In this document: one piece after another, positions 18,407-27,896 of the stretch | How the letters are laid out: each line of letters begins with the position of its first letter | Position numbering within the stretch: the stretch's first letter is position 1 | Assembly (NCBI GenBank): GCA_016288305.1 | Contig: JAEEYW010000042.1 | Location: forward strand, 1 to 45,242 | Source: Bacillales bacterium | GTDB lineage: Bacteria; Bacillota_I; Bacilli_A; RF39; UBA660 | Reading direction: 5' to 3' | Length of the DNA stretch: 45,242 nucleotides | Made by a program: the position numbers and the translations under genes | Notes under the pieces: model-generated | The model's database searches: none | Seen by the model: only the letters and a program-made list of their open reading frames with translations | What the model was told of the DNA's origin: nothing

Positions 18407-18766
18407 CTAGCTACATGTTGTATATTCGTAGGTATGTTGATTGTATGTAGATGTAAATTTTATAAGCACACAACCATCCATTTTCATGTTGTTAATAGGA
18501 TTTATAATTTCGTCATTTTTAATAAAACCACCATTAACTAAATCATCGATACTAACATAAACTTTACCAGTATCATTAACAGGTAGTAAATCAACATTTT
18601 CAACAGACCATTTCTTAGCTGACGCTAAAATAATATCAACTTGTTTTTCGTAAGCTACTTCTTTACTTTTTTTAATACTACTATTGATAATAGGAAATGT
18701 AATTAAACTTATAACGCTTAATACAATAATAACTGCTACCATTTCTACTAAAGAAAAACCCTTCAT
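18407..18766 (-). CDS. Prepilin-type N-terminal cleavage/methylation domain protein (119 aa)
   Basis: MKG|FSLVEMVAVIIVLSVISLITFPII is a class III signal peptide with Glu at +5. Confidence 0.8.
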   Translation of the reverse strand: MKGFSLVEMVAVIIVLSVISLITFPIINSSIKKSKEVAYEKQVDIILASAKKWSVENVDLLPVNDTGKVYVSIDDLVNGGFIKNDEIINPINNMKMDGCVLIKFTSTYNQHTYEYTTCS

Positions 18767-18811
18767 ATCATCACCATCTTCATTATATATATTAAATAAT
18801 ATAGTGTCAAA

Positions 18812-19837
18812 CTATTTTATAAACATGCTATCCCCAAAACTAAAAAATCTATATTCATTTTTAATAGCTTCGTTATAAGCCTTAAAAATAAATTCTTTAC
18901 TTGCAAAAGCACTTACCAACATCATTAAAGTAGATTTAGGTAAATGGAAATTAGTAATCAAAGCATCGATAGCTTTAAATTCATAACCAGGATAAATAAA
19001 AATATCTGTCCATCCACTACACTCTTTAAATGTTCCATATAAACTCATTATCGTTTCTAAAGTACGTGTCGAAGTTGTACCAACAGCAATAATTCTTTTC
19101 TTATGATTATTTAAAATTTCAGCTGTTTGTTTACTCATCATATAATATTCACTATGCATTTTATGATTTGTAACATCTTCAACATTAACAGGTCTAAATG
19201 TTCCAAGACCAACGTGTAACGTTACAGGCGCTATAATAACACCTTTAGCTTTAGCTTTTTCCAATAATTCTTTAGTAAAATGTAACCCAGCTGTAGGAGC
19301 TGCCGCTGAACCGATATTTTTAGCATATACCGTTTGATATCTATCCTTATCACTTAATTGTTCATGAATATATGGAGGTAAAGGCATTGTTCCTAATTCA
19401 TCAAGTATTTCATAAAATATACCATCATATATAAATTTAAATACTCTTATACCTTCATCTTGGACATCAATACATTCAGCTTTTAATTTACCTTCGCCAA
19501 AATCAACTATTGTTCCAACACTAATTCTTTTTGCTGGTTTTACTAAACATTCCCAACAATTATCCTTAGTTTCTTTTAACATCAATATTTCAATTAATGC
19601 TTTAGTTTCCTCTTTAACACCATATAATCTAGCTGGTATTACTTTAGTATCATTAATAACTAAAACATCATCTTTTTCTAAATAATCAATAATATCAGAA
19701 AAATGTTTATGTTCAATATCACCAGTTTGTTTATCAAGTACCAACATCCTTGAATTATCTCTTTTATCCAAAGGTGTTTGAGCTATCAATCTTTCTGGTA
19801 ACTCATAATCAAAATCACTTGTTTTCATTTTATTCAC
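18812..19837 (-). CDS. queA: S-adenosylmethionine:tRNA ribosyltransferase-isomerase
   Basis: [15 protein letters not shown]...MLV...PLPPYI...YQTVYA...[13 protein letters not shown] are present, and ruvAB-queA synteny is conserved. Confidence 0.93.
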   Translation of the reverse strand: MNKMKTSDFDYELPERLIAQTPLDKRDNSRMLVLDKQTGDIEHKHFSDIIDYLEKDDVLVINDTKVIPARLYGVKEETKALIEILMLKETKDNCWECLVKPAKRISVGTIVDFGEGKLKAECIDVQDEGIRVFKFIYDGIFYEILDELGTMPLPPYIHEQLSDKDRYQTVYAKNIGSAAAPTAGLHFTKELLEKAKAKGVIIAPVTLHVGLGTFRPVNVEDVTNHKMHSEYYMMSKQTAEILNNHKKRIIAVGTTSTRTLETIMSLYGTFKECSGWTDIFIYPGYEFKAIDALITNFHLPKSTLMMLVSAFASKEFIFKAYNEAIKNEYRFFSFGDSMFIK

Positions 19838-20834
19838 CTAATTTTCCTTGGTATGGTATTTTAAGATGTTCGTAAGCTTTTTCTGTTACAATTCTTCCCC
19901 TTGAAGTACGTTTTAAAAAACCATTTTGTAACAAATAAGGTTCATATACATCTTCAATCGTAGTTTGTTCCTCACCGATAGAAGAAGCAATAGCCTCAAT
20001 ACCTACAGGACCACCATTAAATTTTTCAATTATCGCCTTAAGTAAATTATAATCCGTTTCATCTAAACCTAACGCATCAACTTTTAATTTATTTAAAGCC
20101 ATATCGGCTATCTCTTTAGTAATAATACCGTCACCTTTTACTAAAGCATAATCCCTAACTCTTTTAAATAATCTATTAGCTATTCTTGGTGTACCTCTAC
20201 TTCTACGCGCTAGTTCTATAGCAGCTTCAGGATCAATAGGACAATCTAAAACTCTACTAGTTCTTTCAATAATAGCTTTCAATTCATCTTCTGTATAATA
20301 ATTTAATTTAGCTATAATACCAAAGCGATCACGTAATGGGCTAGTTAAATCACCTGTTCTTGTTGTTGCTCCTACTAAAGTAAAAGGAGGTAAATCAATC
20401 TTAATATTACGACTAGAAGAATCTGTACCTACAACAATTGTTAAAGTAAAATCCTCCATAGCTGAATATAAAGTTTCCTCAATAAATCTTGGTATTCTAT
20501 GGATTTCGTCAATAAACAATACATCTCCAGGTTCCAAACTAGATAAAACAGCAGCTAAATCACCTGTTTTTTCAATAGCTGGTCCCGATACAACTTTAAT
20601 ATTAGACCCCATCTCATTAGCTATAATATGCGCTAAAGTAGTTTTACCTAATCCTGGAGGACCATATAATAAAACGTGATCTAAAGGTTCTTCACGCATT
20701 AAAGCAGCTTTAATATAAACTTCAATGTTTTCTTTAACTTCACTTTGACCAATGTATTCATTAATACTAATAGGTCTAATTGATTTTTCAAAACTATCTT
20801 CTGTTAATTCTTGACCATCAACAATACGTTCCAT
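19830..20834 (-). CDS. ruvB: Holliday junction DNA helicase RuvB
   Basis: [14 protein letters not shown] (Walker A), LFIDEIHR, and [10 protein letters not shown] are present. Confidence 0.95.
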   Translation of the reverse strand: MERIVDGQELTEDSFEKSIRPISINEYIGQSEVKENIEVYIKAALMREEPLDHVLLYGPPGLGKTTLAHIIANEMGSNIKVVSGPAIEKTGDLAAVLSSLEPGDVLFIDEIHRIPRFIEETLYSAMEDFTLTIVVGTDSSSRNIKIDLPPFTLVGATTRTGDLTSPLRDRFGIIAKLNYYTEDELKAIIERTSRVLDCPIDPEAAIELARRSRGTPRIANRLFKRVRDYALVKGDGIITKEIADMALNKLKVDALGLDETDYNLLKAIIEKFNGGPVGIEAIASSIGEEQTTIEDVYEPYLLQNGFLKRTSRGRIVTEKAYEHLKIPYQGKLGE

Positions 20835-20844
20835 ATTATACCTC

Positions 20845-21390
20845 CTATTTTAATAATAATTTCAAAGCCTCTTTTATTTGATTTTCTAAAGTATCATCTT
20901 TAACTTGCTTTACTATTTTAGCTACATCATTAGCCTTATAACCTAAACCTTTTAAAGCCTCTATTAATTCTGTATTTTCAACAGTAGATACAGGTGTAGA
21001 AACAAGTTTGCCCTTTAAATCTAGTATAATTTGTCTAGCAACCTTATCACCTATTTTAGGAAATTTTTTAAGATATAAAATATTTTCTCTTTCGATAGCA
21101 TCAACGATACCACCTGTAGTACCTAAAGCTAACATTGGTAAAGCCATTTTACATCCTAATCCCTTTACTTCAATAAGTTTTAAAAACAAATCTTTTTCTT
21201 CCTTAGTTTTAAAACCATATAAAGATATTTCATCTTCTTTAACATTTTGATAAACATATACTTTATATTCTTCATCAATATTAAATGAATATGGAGAGGA
21301 AGTATATATTAAATACCCTACACCATTATTATCCAATGTAATATAATTGCTTTCAATATCTGTTACTATTCCTTTTATATAATTATACAT
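20845..21390 (-). CDS. ruvA: Holliday junction branch migration protein RuvA
   Basis: MYNYIKGIV...GVGY...FGF...LI.V.G(I/L)G.K.A and the position upstream of ruvB support the call. Confidence 0.9.
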   Translation of the reverse strand: MYNYIKGIVTDIESNYITLDNNGVGYLIYTSSPYSFNIDEEYKVYVYQNVKEDEISLYGFKTKEEKDLFLKLIEVKGLGCKMALPMLALGTTGGIVDAIERENILYLKKFPKIGDKVARQIILDLKGKLVSTPVSTVENTELIEALKGLGYKANDVAKIVKQVKDDTLENQIKEALKLLLK

Positions 21391-21464
21391 TCTAACACCT
21401 TCTATTTAATTATACCAAACATATTTTTGTTTGTCCACAATAAAAAAATACATTTTACATGTAT

Positions 21465-21767
21465 TTATTTTTTCCAAAATGCTCTTACTAAATAATAATC
21501 AAATATGATATACACAATTAATAATAACCATATCAATACAACGGTAAAGATACCAGAAGTATATGATCTAATTATGCTATCAAAATTATCAGGAAAATAT
21601 GTATTAATAAAATTAGATATGAAACTAACAGGTAAATTGTTAGCTATAAAATCCAATATTCTTAAAAATATATCAACCAAACATATATAGTAAACAAAGC
21701 CATCTATCTTCTTAAATATCATAACAATAGCTGCTAAAACAACTAATATAACTACTATTAAATCCAT
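21465..21767 (-). CDS. Hypothetical membrane protein (100 aa)
   Basis: There are three hydrophobic segments and no recognisable family. Confidence 0.5.
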   Translation of the reverse strand: MDLIVVILVVLAAIVMIFKKIDGFVYYICLVDIFLRILDFIANNLPVSFISNFINTYFPDNFDSIIRSYTSGIFTVVLIWLLLIVYIIFDYYLVRAFWKK

Positions 21768-21771
21768 ACAA

Positions 21772-22167
21772 CTACCTCCTTAAATCAATTGCTATTTCTG
21801 AATCAACATATATAACAACTTTACTATTATCTTTATAAACTTTTATACGAACTGTACCTTCGAAGGTCTCATCCATTATAGCATTATACTTATCAGTATC
21901 AACAATATATGTATCACTTTTCTCAACATAGTTAGTACTTTCCAACTCTGAAGCTAACAATAAATCACGTAATCTTGAAACAGTATATTTTTCGTTAGAA
22001 GATTTATATTCTAATAAATAATCAAACTTAGTTCGATAAATTGTTTTCTTAGGTTGATTTATAAGCAATAATACAAAAGTAAAGAACACGATATATAATA
22101 GTAAGACAACTATAGCACGTGTTCTTTCATTACCCCATAGTGTCTTTAAAACTTCAAGTGCTTTCAT
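21772..22167 (-). CDS. Hypothetical membrane-anchored protein (131 aa)
   Basis: A single N-terminal TM helix; the ORF overlaps the fmt stop codon by 4 nt. Confidence 0.55.
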   Translation of the reverse strand: MKALEVLKTLWGNERTRAIVVLLLYIVFFTFVLLLINQPKKTIYRTKFDYLLEYKSSNEKYTVSRLRDLLLASELESTNYVEKSDTYIVDTDKYNAIMDETFEGTVRIKVYKDNSKVVIYVDSEIAIDLRR

Positions 22168-23120
22168 CGCAATATCGTTCCTACTATATTTTTGCCTTGA
22201 AGACCATTAACAAAGTCTCTAGCATTCATTCTTTTCTTTCCTTCCAATTGAATTGTTTTAAAAACAACTTCACCATTACTTACTTTAACACCAATACCAT
22301 CATTATAAATAGCTGTTATTTGACCATTAAAGCCGGTAGGATAATTATCTGTTATATAACTATCCCATACTTTTAATATTTTATTTTCAAATAAACAATA
22401 AGCCCCTGGGAAAGAATTTAAACCTCTTATTTGATTATATACTTGCTTACTTGTATCATTAAAATTAATCTTTTCATCTTCTCTTTTAATGGTAAAAGCA
22501 TATGTAGCTTGACTATGATCTTGAGGTGTACGGCTATTTGTACCATCAATTATACTTGGTAAAGTTTCTAATAATAATTCCGTACCTAAAGCACTCAACT
22601 TATCATGTAAACTAGAAGCTGTATCAGTATCTAGAATATCAATTTCTTTTTGTGAAATAATATCTCCTTCATCCATCTTAGGATTCATGTACATGATAGT
22701 TACACCTGTTTTCTTATATCCGTCGATAATAGCTTTATGAATAGGCGCCCCACCTCTTAACTTAGGTAGTAAAGAAGCATGAACATTGATGCATCCTAAA
22801 CGAGGACAATCAAGTAAAGCCTTAGGTATAATTTGACCATATGCACAAGTAATAATTAAATCTGGATGTAAATCGATTATTTCTTGATAGTCTTCTCTAA
22901 TTTTTTCAGGTTGAATAACTAACATAGTATTCTCTTTAGCTAGTTTTTTAATAGGAGATTCTGTTAATTGTCCATGATTACCAGGTCTATCAGGTTGTGT
23001 TACGACAGCACGTACCTTATAATTATCAATTAAACCTTGTAATACTGGAACCGCAAAATCAGGTGTTCCCATAAAAACAATTTGTAATTCTTTTGAAACA
23101 TTTATATCTTCTAAATTCAT
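22164..23120 (-). CDS. fmt: Methionyl-tRNA formyltransferase
   Basis: FMGTPDFAVP...VVTQPDRP...NVHASLLPKLRGGAPI is present. Confidence 0.93.
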   Translation of the reverse strand: MNLEDINVSKELQIVFMGTPDFAVPVLQGLIDNYKVRAVVTQPDRPGNHGQLTESPIKKLAKENTMLVIQPEKIREDYQEIIDLHPDLIITCAYGQIIPKALLDCPRLGCINVHASLLPKLRGGAPIHKAIIDGYKKTGVTIMYMNPKMDEGDIISQKEIDILDTDTASSLHDKLSALGTELLLETLPSIIDGTNSRTPQDHSQATYAFTIKREDEKINFNDTSKQVYNQIRGLNSFPGAYCLFENKILKVWDSYITDNYPTGFNGQITAIYNDGIGVKVSNGEVVFKTIQLEGKKRMNARDFVNGLQGKNIVGTILR

Positions 23121-23168
23121 ATCATCACCTATATATTATTTTATCACATAACTAGAAATTATGTAAAA

Positions 23169-25310
23169 TTATATTTTATTTAGGTTAAAATCAATAACAA
23201 CTTTAATATTACTATTTATATACTTATCACTAATATATTTTAAATATGGATATATTTTTTTTGTATCTTTATATTTAATTATAATTTGATAATAATAATT
23301 ATTATTTAATTTAGGCATCAAAGAAGCTGAAGGGCCTAAAATAATATCATCAATATTATCTTTTAAATAAGCATATATTTTAGAACTCTCTTCCTCACAT
23401 TTATTAGCATCTAAACCACTAATTTTAATTAAGCACAAATTATAAAATGGTGGATATTTTAAAGTTTTTCGAATACGCATCTCATCATTATAAAAACCAA
23501 CATAATCATGATTTTTAGCTCTTAAAAAACTATAATGATCCATATTAAATCCTTGAATTATAACTTCACCAGATAAACTACTTCTTCCTGCTCTTCCAGC
23601 TACTTGGCTTATTAAATGATAAGTCCTTTCAGCACTTCTAAAATCTGGTATATTTAACCCTGCATCAGCATTTATAACACCTACTAAAGTAACTAAAGGA
23701 AAATCAAGCCCTTTAGCTATCATTTGCGTACCAACTAAAACATTATAATTACCATCTTCAAATTCTTTAATTATCTTAGCATGAGCTTGCTTAGTAGAAG
23801 TCGTATCAACGTCCATACGAATAACTTTGGCTTTATTAAATTCAGCCTTGATTAATTCTTCCAACTTCTCTGTACCCATACCACGTTCATTAATTCTATC
23901 ACTACCACACTCTGGACATTTATATAATTTATTAGTTTCATAATTACAATAATGACAACGCATTTTTTTAGATTTAAGATGATATGTCAAAGGAATGTCA
24001 CAATTTGGACATTTATGTGTAAAGCCACAATTACCACATGTACTAATAGTTGTATAACCTCTCCTATTAAGTAAAATAATAGCTTGTTCACCTTTATTTA
24101 AACATTCATTTAAACGTTCTTTTAAAATACTTGAAAAAACAAAATTGTGCTTCTTTATTTCATTTTTCATATCAACTAATGTAACTAAAGGAAGATTATT
24201 ATTAACTCTTTTTTTCATTTCTAACAACTCATAAACGCCATTTTTAGCTCTTGTATAACTTTCAATAGTAGGTGTCGCGCTACCTAAAACAACAGGACAG
24301 TTATATGTTTTACCACGATATAAAGCAATATCTATAGCATGATATAAAGGATTGTTTTCCTGCTTATAAGTTGACGAATGTTCCTCATCAATTACAATTA
24401 AACCTAAATCAGTAAAAGGTGCGAAGATAGCACTCCTAGCTCCTATTACAATACTTACTTCTTTTCTTTCAACCTTACGCCATTCATCATATTTTTCACC
24501 GTCACTTAAACGACTATGTAAAATAGCAATAGAAGAACCAAATCTTCTTTTAAACGTAGATACAAGTTGCGGCGTCAAACTGATTTCTGGAACCAAAACA
24601 ATACACTGTTTATTTAAATCCAAAGCTTTCTTAATTAACTGCATATATACTTCTGTCTTACCAGATCCTGTTACACCATGTAGTAAATAAGGCTTAAATG
24701 TATTAAAACTAACACTATTGATAACATTATTTTGTTCATCAGTTAATACTTTAGTATCATCTTTGAATACAATATCATCTGTTAAACGATATACTTCTTT
24801 TTCATATTTTTCTATAATACCATTCTTAATTAATTTATTAACTATATAAGTTGATATACTACTTGCCTCTTTTAAAGATAAATCATTTATTCTTAATTTA
24901 TCAATTAATACTTTTTCCTTTTCATTTGGTTCATAATCTTTAACCAATCTAATGAATAAAGCTTTTTTTATATTAACTTTATTTACCTTTTTAGCTTTTA
25001 AAGCTGTAGGAAGCATATTTTGATAAGCTGACGTTAAAGTACATAAAGTTTTTTTGGAAATATATTTACCCAAATCTAACATTTCACTATTCAATACCGG
25101 ATTAACATCAACTAAAGAAATGATATCTTTTAGTTCATAGTCACAAGTTATACTATCCTGTATATCAACAATAAAGCCTTCTAAAGTTTGACTTCCAAAA
25201 GGCACCATACATCTTATACCTTTTTGAATACTAGATTCTAAAGATGTAGGTACATGATAAGTAAATTCTTTATCTATTTTTCTAACCTCTACTAAAACAC
25301 TTGCAACCAT
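23169..25310 (-). CDS. priA: Primosomal protein N' (replication restart helicase PriA)
   Basis: LLHGVTGSGKTEVY, DEEH, Cys4 zinc clusters (CGNCG...CPNCD...CHYC...CPECG), and GTQMIAKGLDFP are present. Confidence 0.95.
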   Translation of the reverse strand: MVASVLVEVRKIDKEFTYHVPTSLESSIQKGIRCMVPFGSQTLEGFIVDIQDSITCDYELKDIISLVDVNPVLNSEMLDLGKYISKKTLCTLTSAYQNMLPTALKAKKVNKVNIKKALFIRLVKDYEPNEKEKVLIDKLRINDLSLKEASSISTYIVNKLIKNGIIEKYEKEVYRLTDDIVFKDDTKVLTDEQNNVINSVSFNTFKPYLLHGVTGSGKTEVYMQLIKKALDLNKQCIVLVPEISLTPQLVSTFKRRFGSSIAILHSRLSDGEKYDEWRKVERKEVSIVIGARSAIFAPFTDLGLIVIDEEHSSTYKQENNPLYHAIDIALYRGKTYNCPVVLGSATPTIESYTRAKNGVYELLEMKKRVNNNLPLVTLVDMKNEIKKHNFVFSSILKERLNECLNKGEQAIILLNRRGYTTISTCGNCGFTHKCPNCDIPLTYHLKSKKMRCHYCNYETNKLYKCPECGSDRINERGMGTEKLEELIKAEFNKAKVIRMDVDTTSTKQAHAKIIKEFEDGNYNVLVGTQMIAKGLDFPLVTLVGVINADAGLNIPDFRSAERTYHLISQVAGRAGRSSLSGEVIIQGFNMDHYSFLRAKNHDYVGFYNDEMRIRKTLKYPPFYNLCLIKISGLDANKCEEESSKIYAYLKDNIDDIILGPSASLMPKLNNNYYYQIIIKYKDTKKIYPYLKYISDKYINSNIKVVIDFNLNKI

Positions 25311-25344
25311 GATATCACCTAATTAATTCTAACATACCAAACAT

Positions 25345-26220
25345 TTATTTGTCAATTAAAGTATCTATTTTGCTTATTAATAAATTACAGACATCTATAT
25401 CATTAATTAGTGTGATACTAAAAGTTTTATACCCTATTCTATTGATACTTGTCCCACAATGATATATTAAAGTATCATCTAATATAAAATACCTATCATG
25501 AAAGGTATTATTATATATAACTTTAAGATTATGATACTGTTTATTATATTTATTAATATCTTCTTTAGTTAGTAATTTATCTGTTGTTATCAATATAACT
25601 TCTATATCTAATCTTTTAATAATATCTAATACATTATAATCGGCATAGCTATCAATAATTATTAAATTACTTTTAGCTTCACTACATATTTCTAATATTT
25701 TACTTCTAGCATCATATATTTGGCCTTCAAAATATATTTCATTTATTTTTTTCTTCTCTTCAAATTTATCAAGAGCAGCTTCTATCAATTGTATACGATT
25801 ATCATGTTCTAACATTTTTGCTTCAACATTTGATAAACGATATACATTATTATCTATATAATGTCGCATGGCTACAAAAGCATCCATTATTTGAATTGAA
25901 GTTTGTATAGCATAATCACTTTTCAAAATTGTAGCAAGCATAGCTACGCCTTGTTCTGTAAACACTCTTGGGTTTTTATACTTTCCTCCGCGTGTTTCAA
26001 TTTTTTGGTCGAAATTTTCGACCAAAAAACATTTGCTCTCATAATCAGTTAGTTTCCAACAAAATCTCTCAGGAAATTTTTTGTAGTTATTTTTTACCGC
26101 TTCATTTATTCTTTTAGTCTCAACATGATATAGGTTAGCTAAATCTGAATCCAGCATTACTTGTTTACCTCTTATTTCATATATTTTATTTTTGATATCG
26201 TTATCTATAACATCAAGCAT
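25345..26220 (-). CDS. ORF6N (KilA-N-like) domain protein with conserved C-terminal HDR-motif module, copy A (291 aa)
   Basis: IYEIRGKQVMLDSDLANLY...FPERF...FTEQGVAMLA is the ORF6N signature. The C-terminal FEGQIYDA...IIIDSYAD...FHDRYFILDD..YHCGTSINRIGYK matches the long ORF6N family. The SD is AGGAGGTGA. Confidence 0.85.
   Translation of the reverse strand: MLDVIDNDIKNKIYEIRGKQVMLDSDLANLYHVETKRINEAVKNNYKKFPERFCWKLTDYESKCFLVENFDQKIETRGGKYKNPRVFTEQGVAMLATILKSDYAIQTSIQIMDAFVAMRHYIDNNVYRLSNVEAKMLEHDNRIQLIEAALDKFEEKKKINEIYFEGQIYDARSKILEICSEAKSNLIIIDSYADYNVLDIIKRLDIEVILITTDKLLTKEDINKYNKQYHNLKVIYNNTFHDRYFILDDTLIYHCGTSINRIGYKTFSITLINDIDVCNLLISKIDTLIDK
26001..26029. repeat. Perfect palindrome inside copy A (14-bp arms, 1-nt centre)
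   Basis: TTTTTTGGTCGAAA-T-TTTCGACCAAAAAA; it encodes FLVENFDQK. Confidence 0.9.
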
Positions 26221-26291
26221 ATTCTCACCTCCTACTAACTATATACGACAAAAAAAGGTAGATATTTAGTATACCGTCCACGTCCATTCTC

Positions 26292-26314
26292 TAAGGTCAC
26301 AATTTGTGACCTTA
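26292..26314. repeat. Perfect palindrome in pseudogene core C2 (11-bp arms)
   Basis: TAAGGTCACAA-T-TTGTGACCTTA; it encodes LRSQIVTL. Confidence 0.9.
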
Positions 26315-26504
26315 AAGCTGCATATTCTTGTTTAGTTATTTCAAAATAAAAGTCATTAGGAAATCTTAAAGCATTTCTCCTAACAGCTTGATTAATCTCT
26401 TTCGAACCATTTTTACGAAGAGCCGAAGAAAGCATAGCAACACCCTGTTCAGTAAATACGTGAGGTCTATTGTATTTTCCACCACGTTTTTCAATAAATC
26501 TTTT

Positions 26505-26527
26505 TTTGGTTTCAATTTGAAACCAAA
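26505..26527. repeat. Perfect palindrome in pseudogene core C1 (11-bp arms)
   Basis: TTTGGTTTCAA-T-TTGAAACCAAA; it encodes WFQIETK. Confidence 0.9.
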
Positions 26528-26748
26528 TAATTTTGCTTTCTTCTTCTGTTAACTGAAAATAAAAATCTGAAGGAAATCTGTTAATATTTCTTCTAACAGC
26601 TAGATTAATAGATTTGGTTCCATTTTACAATGATAAAGTCTAGCTAAATCAGAATCCAGCATTACTTGTTTACCTCTTATTTTATATATTTTATTCTTTA
26701 TATCTATATCAACCACTTCTTGCATATTTTTACCTCCTACTAACTAAA

Positions 26749-27630
26749 TTAAAAATCCGAAATCTCACTAATACACTTAACAAGCACATTAATCACATCT
26801 ATATCACTAATTAAATTAACACTAAAAGTTTTATACCCTATTCTATTGATACTTGTCCCACAATGATATACTAATGTATCATCTAATATAAAATACCTAT
26901 CATGAAAGGTATTATTATATACTACTTTAAGATTATGATACTGTTTATTATATTTATTAATATCTTCTTTAGTTAATAATTTATCTGTTGTTATTAATAT
27001 AACTTCTATATTTAATCTTTTAATTATATCTAATACATTATAATCGGCATAACTATCGATAATTATTAATTTACTTTTAGCTTCACTACATATTTCTAAT
27101 ATTTTACTTCTCGCATCATATATTTGCCCTTCAAAATATATTTCATTTATTTTTTTCTTTTCTTCAAATTTATTGAATGATTCTTGTAATAGTTTTACAT
27201 CATTATCCAGTTCTAAAACTTTAGTTTCTACATTTGATAATCTATATTCGCTATTACCTATGTAATGTCGCATAACTACAAATGCTCGCATTATAGATAT
27301 TGATACTTCTTCAGCTATTTCGGTATCAATTACTGCTGAAAGCATAGCTACCCCCTGTTCTGTAAATACATATGGCATATAGCGTCTACCACCATAGTTA
27401 CTTAATCTTGAGGTTCCAAATTGGAACCTCAAGTTTTGATACTCAGCAGATGTCAATTGAAAATAAAAATCATTAGGAAATCTATCAATATTTCTCTTAA
27501 CAGCTTTATTAATATCCTTAGTTCCATTTTTACAATGATATAACTTAGCTAAATCACTATCCAACATTACTTGTTTACCTCTTATTTCATATATTTTATT
27601 TTTGATATCGTTATCTATAACATCCATCAT
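26749..27630 (-). CDS. ORF6N (KilA-N-like) domain protein with conserved C-terminal HDR-motif module, copy B (293 aa)
   Basis: The architecture matches copy A. The first 27 aa and aa ~150-270 are nearly identical to copy A, while the middle differs (KNGTKDINKAVKRNIDRFPNDFYFQLTSAEYQNLRFQFGTSRLSNYGGRRYMPYVFTEQGVAMLS). Confidence 0.85.
   Translation of the reverse strand: MMDVIDNDIKNKIYEIRGKQVMLDSDLAKLYHCKNGTKDINKAVKRNIDRFPNDFYFQLTSAEYQNLRFQFGTSRLSNYGGRRYMPYVFTEQGVAMLSAVIDTEIAEEVSISIMRAFVVMRHYIGNSEYRLSNVETKVLELDNDVKLLQESFNKFEEKKKINEIYFEGQIYDARSKILEICSEAKSKLIIIDSYADYNVLDIIKRLNIEVILITTDKLLTKEDINKYNKQYHNLKVVYNNTFHDRYFILDDTLVYHCGTSINRIGYKTFSVNLISDIDVINVLVKCISEISDF
27407..27433. repeat. Perfect palindrome inside copy B (13-bp arms)
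   Basis: CTTGAGGTTCCAA-A-TTGGAACCTCAAG; it encodes LRFQFGTSR. Confidence 0.9.
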
Positions 27631-27708
27631 AATTTCACCTCCTACTAACTATATACGACAAAAATATATCAAATTCCTTCTATTAAACAAAAAAAGTATT
27701 AATTTAAG

Positions 27709-27735
27709 CTTGAAGTTTCAAATTGAAACTTCAAG
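27709..27735. repeat. Perfect palindrome in remnant D (13-bp arms)
   Basis: CTTGAAGTTTCAA-A-TTGAAACTTCAAG. Confidence 0.9.
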
Positions 27736-27896
27736 TAAAGCGTGCATAATAGATATTGAAGTTTCTAATGCCACCTCAGTATGAAGAACCGAAGAAAGCA
27801 TAGCCACCCCCTGTTCTGTGAATACATACGGTAATTTGCGAACGCCTCCATAATTATTATTATATTTTTGATTTCGTTATCTATAACATCCAGCAT
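27709..27896 (-). pseudogene. ORF6N remnant D: leader plus 11 N-terminal codons, internal deletion, FTEQGVAML segment, then an isolated palindrome fragment
   Basis: The ATG at 27896 gives MLDVIDNEIKN. Homology then resumes out of frame as NNYGGVRKLPYVFTEQGVAMLSSVLHTEVALETSISIMHA. This is followed by the 27709-27735 palindrome, which in another frame reads LKFQFETSS. The same leader TCACCTCCTACTAACTATATACGACAAAAA is at 27901-27930. Confidence 0.75.

Larger units (their letters stand above)
26235..26725 (-). pseudogene. Scrambled ORF6N pseudogene C: leader plus N-terminus plus two concatenated variable cores, frameshifted, no C-terminal module
   Basis: The ATG at 26725 gives MQEVVDIDIKNKIYKIRGKQVMLDSDLARLYHCK, followed by a frameshift. 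Homology then continues as NGTKSINLAVRRNINRFPSDFYFQLTEEESKIIWFQIETKKRFIEKRGGKYNRPHVFTEQGVAMLSS. This is fused directly to a second core, ALRKNGSKEINQAVRRNALRFPNDFYFEITKQEYAALRSQIVTLENGRGRYTKYLP, which abuts the leader of copy A. Confidence 0.8.

Noticed and set aside
23121-25310. Missing def between priA and fmt as a sign of deletion or rearrangement
   Set aside because: The priA-fmt junction is a clean 48-bp intergenic region with no gene fragments. def is simply likely to be encoded elsewhere, so this is not informative from the window alone.
26235-26435. The 66-aa track ORF as a real gene
   Set aside because: It starts in the middle of the FTEQGVAMLSS motif of one ORF6N core and reads into a second, truncated core. 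It is part of the scrambled pseudogene at 26235-26725 and has no SD sequence.
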